From Carcharhinus amblyrhynchos (Eukaryota), in contig OZ336878.1 in assembly GCA_965287045.1 (NCBI GenBank), forward strand, positions 101,370,001-101,434,000: 64,000 nucleotides of DNA. The letters run 5' to 3'. The notes beneath the pieces are model-generated. The model did no database searches. It saw only the letters and a list, made by a program, of their open reading frames with translations, and was not told the DNA's origin. This document shows positions 63,560-64,000 of the stretch, piece by piece. The position numbers and the translations under genes are program-made. Position 1 is the stretch's first letter. Every line of letters starts with the position of its first letter.

Positions 63560-64000
63560 GTCATAGAGATAGGAATTGCTGTAGAGAATGGGAGAGATTA
63601 CAAATGTTGGGGGTGGGTTTAGTGGCTGGAGGAGTTTATAGAGATTGGGAGGAAGTCGGGGCTGAAGGAGGTTACCGAGAAAAGAAGGCACGTAGAGGAT
63701 TTTCCAGAGATATGGAGATTTGAAAGGGGGGAGGTCACCGATATGGGCACGGTGTTGGATCTGGAGCATGGTACAAAAATAGGGTTGGGGTATAAGGGCT
63801 GGAAGAGATTACAGAAGTCAGGATGAGTGTAGGGTCTGGAGGACTTTCCAGAGATAGGGAAGGGTGTAGATGCTGGAGTTGGTTACTGAGTTAGGGAGGA
63901 AGGGAAAGGGTGTAGGAAATTACAGAGATAAGGACGCATGTAGACTCTTGAGGTGGCTACAGATATAGGGAGGGGTGTGGGTTTTAAACAAGATTACAGA
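63560..64000 (+). repeat. Degenerate purine-rich tandem repeat (ggag..ttacagagatagggagggg)
   Basis: ttacagagata-like core recurring about every 35-37 nt. Confidence 0.7.

Noticed and set aside
62595-63723. 300-351-aa repetitive ORFs; CRISPR-like periodicity
   Set aside because: Products of a 33-bp (11-codon) minisatellite with no unique spacers, in a eukaryotic context.

Overview
Eukaryotic, repeat-rich DNA from a cartilaginous fish (inferred from HE1/V-SINE, CR1, Penelope, Rex1/Babar and Gmr1-type repeats and the receptor content). The window is a tandem array of duplicated units (about 1-10.4 kb, 23.0-33.5 kb and 37.1-50.7 kb). Each unit pairs a two-exon GPR139-like GPCR gene with a downstream, same-strand muscarinic M2 (CHRM2)-derived GPCR whose CDS is a single exon. 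There are three intact M2-like ORFs (454, 453 and 434 aa) and one inverted, truncated M2-like pseudogene. For GPR139-like, there is one intact gene (329 aa after splicing), one disabled copy, one orphan exon 1 whose exon 2 is deleted, and a more divergent pseudogene. All intact M2-like paralogs keep D3.32 and the tyrosine cage. They have replaced the muscarinic signature residues W6.48, N6.52, T5.39, A5.46 and Y5.58, which suggests a birth-and-death family of repurposed, possibly chemosensory, amine receptors. The rest is retroelement debris, hammerhead-like motifs in Penelope-derived repeats, a tRNA-Thr/CR1 chimera, a 306-N gap, a CT-rich tract and a 33-bp minisatellite. All alignments were done by eye against remembered human M2 numbering, and repeat boundaries are approximate.
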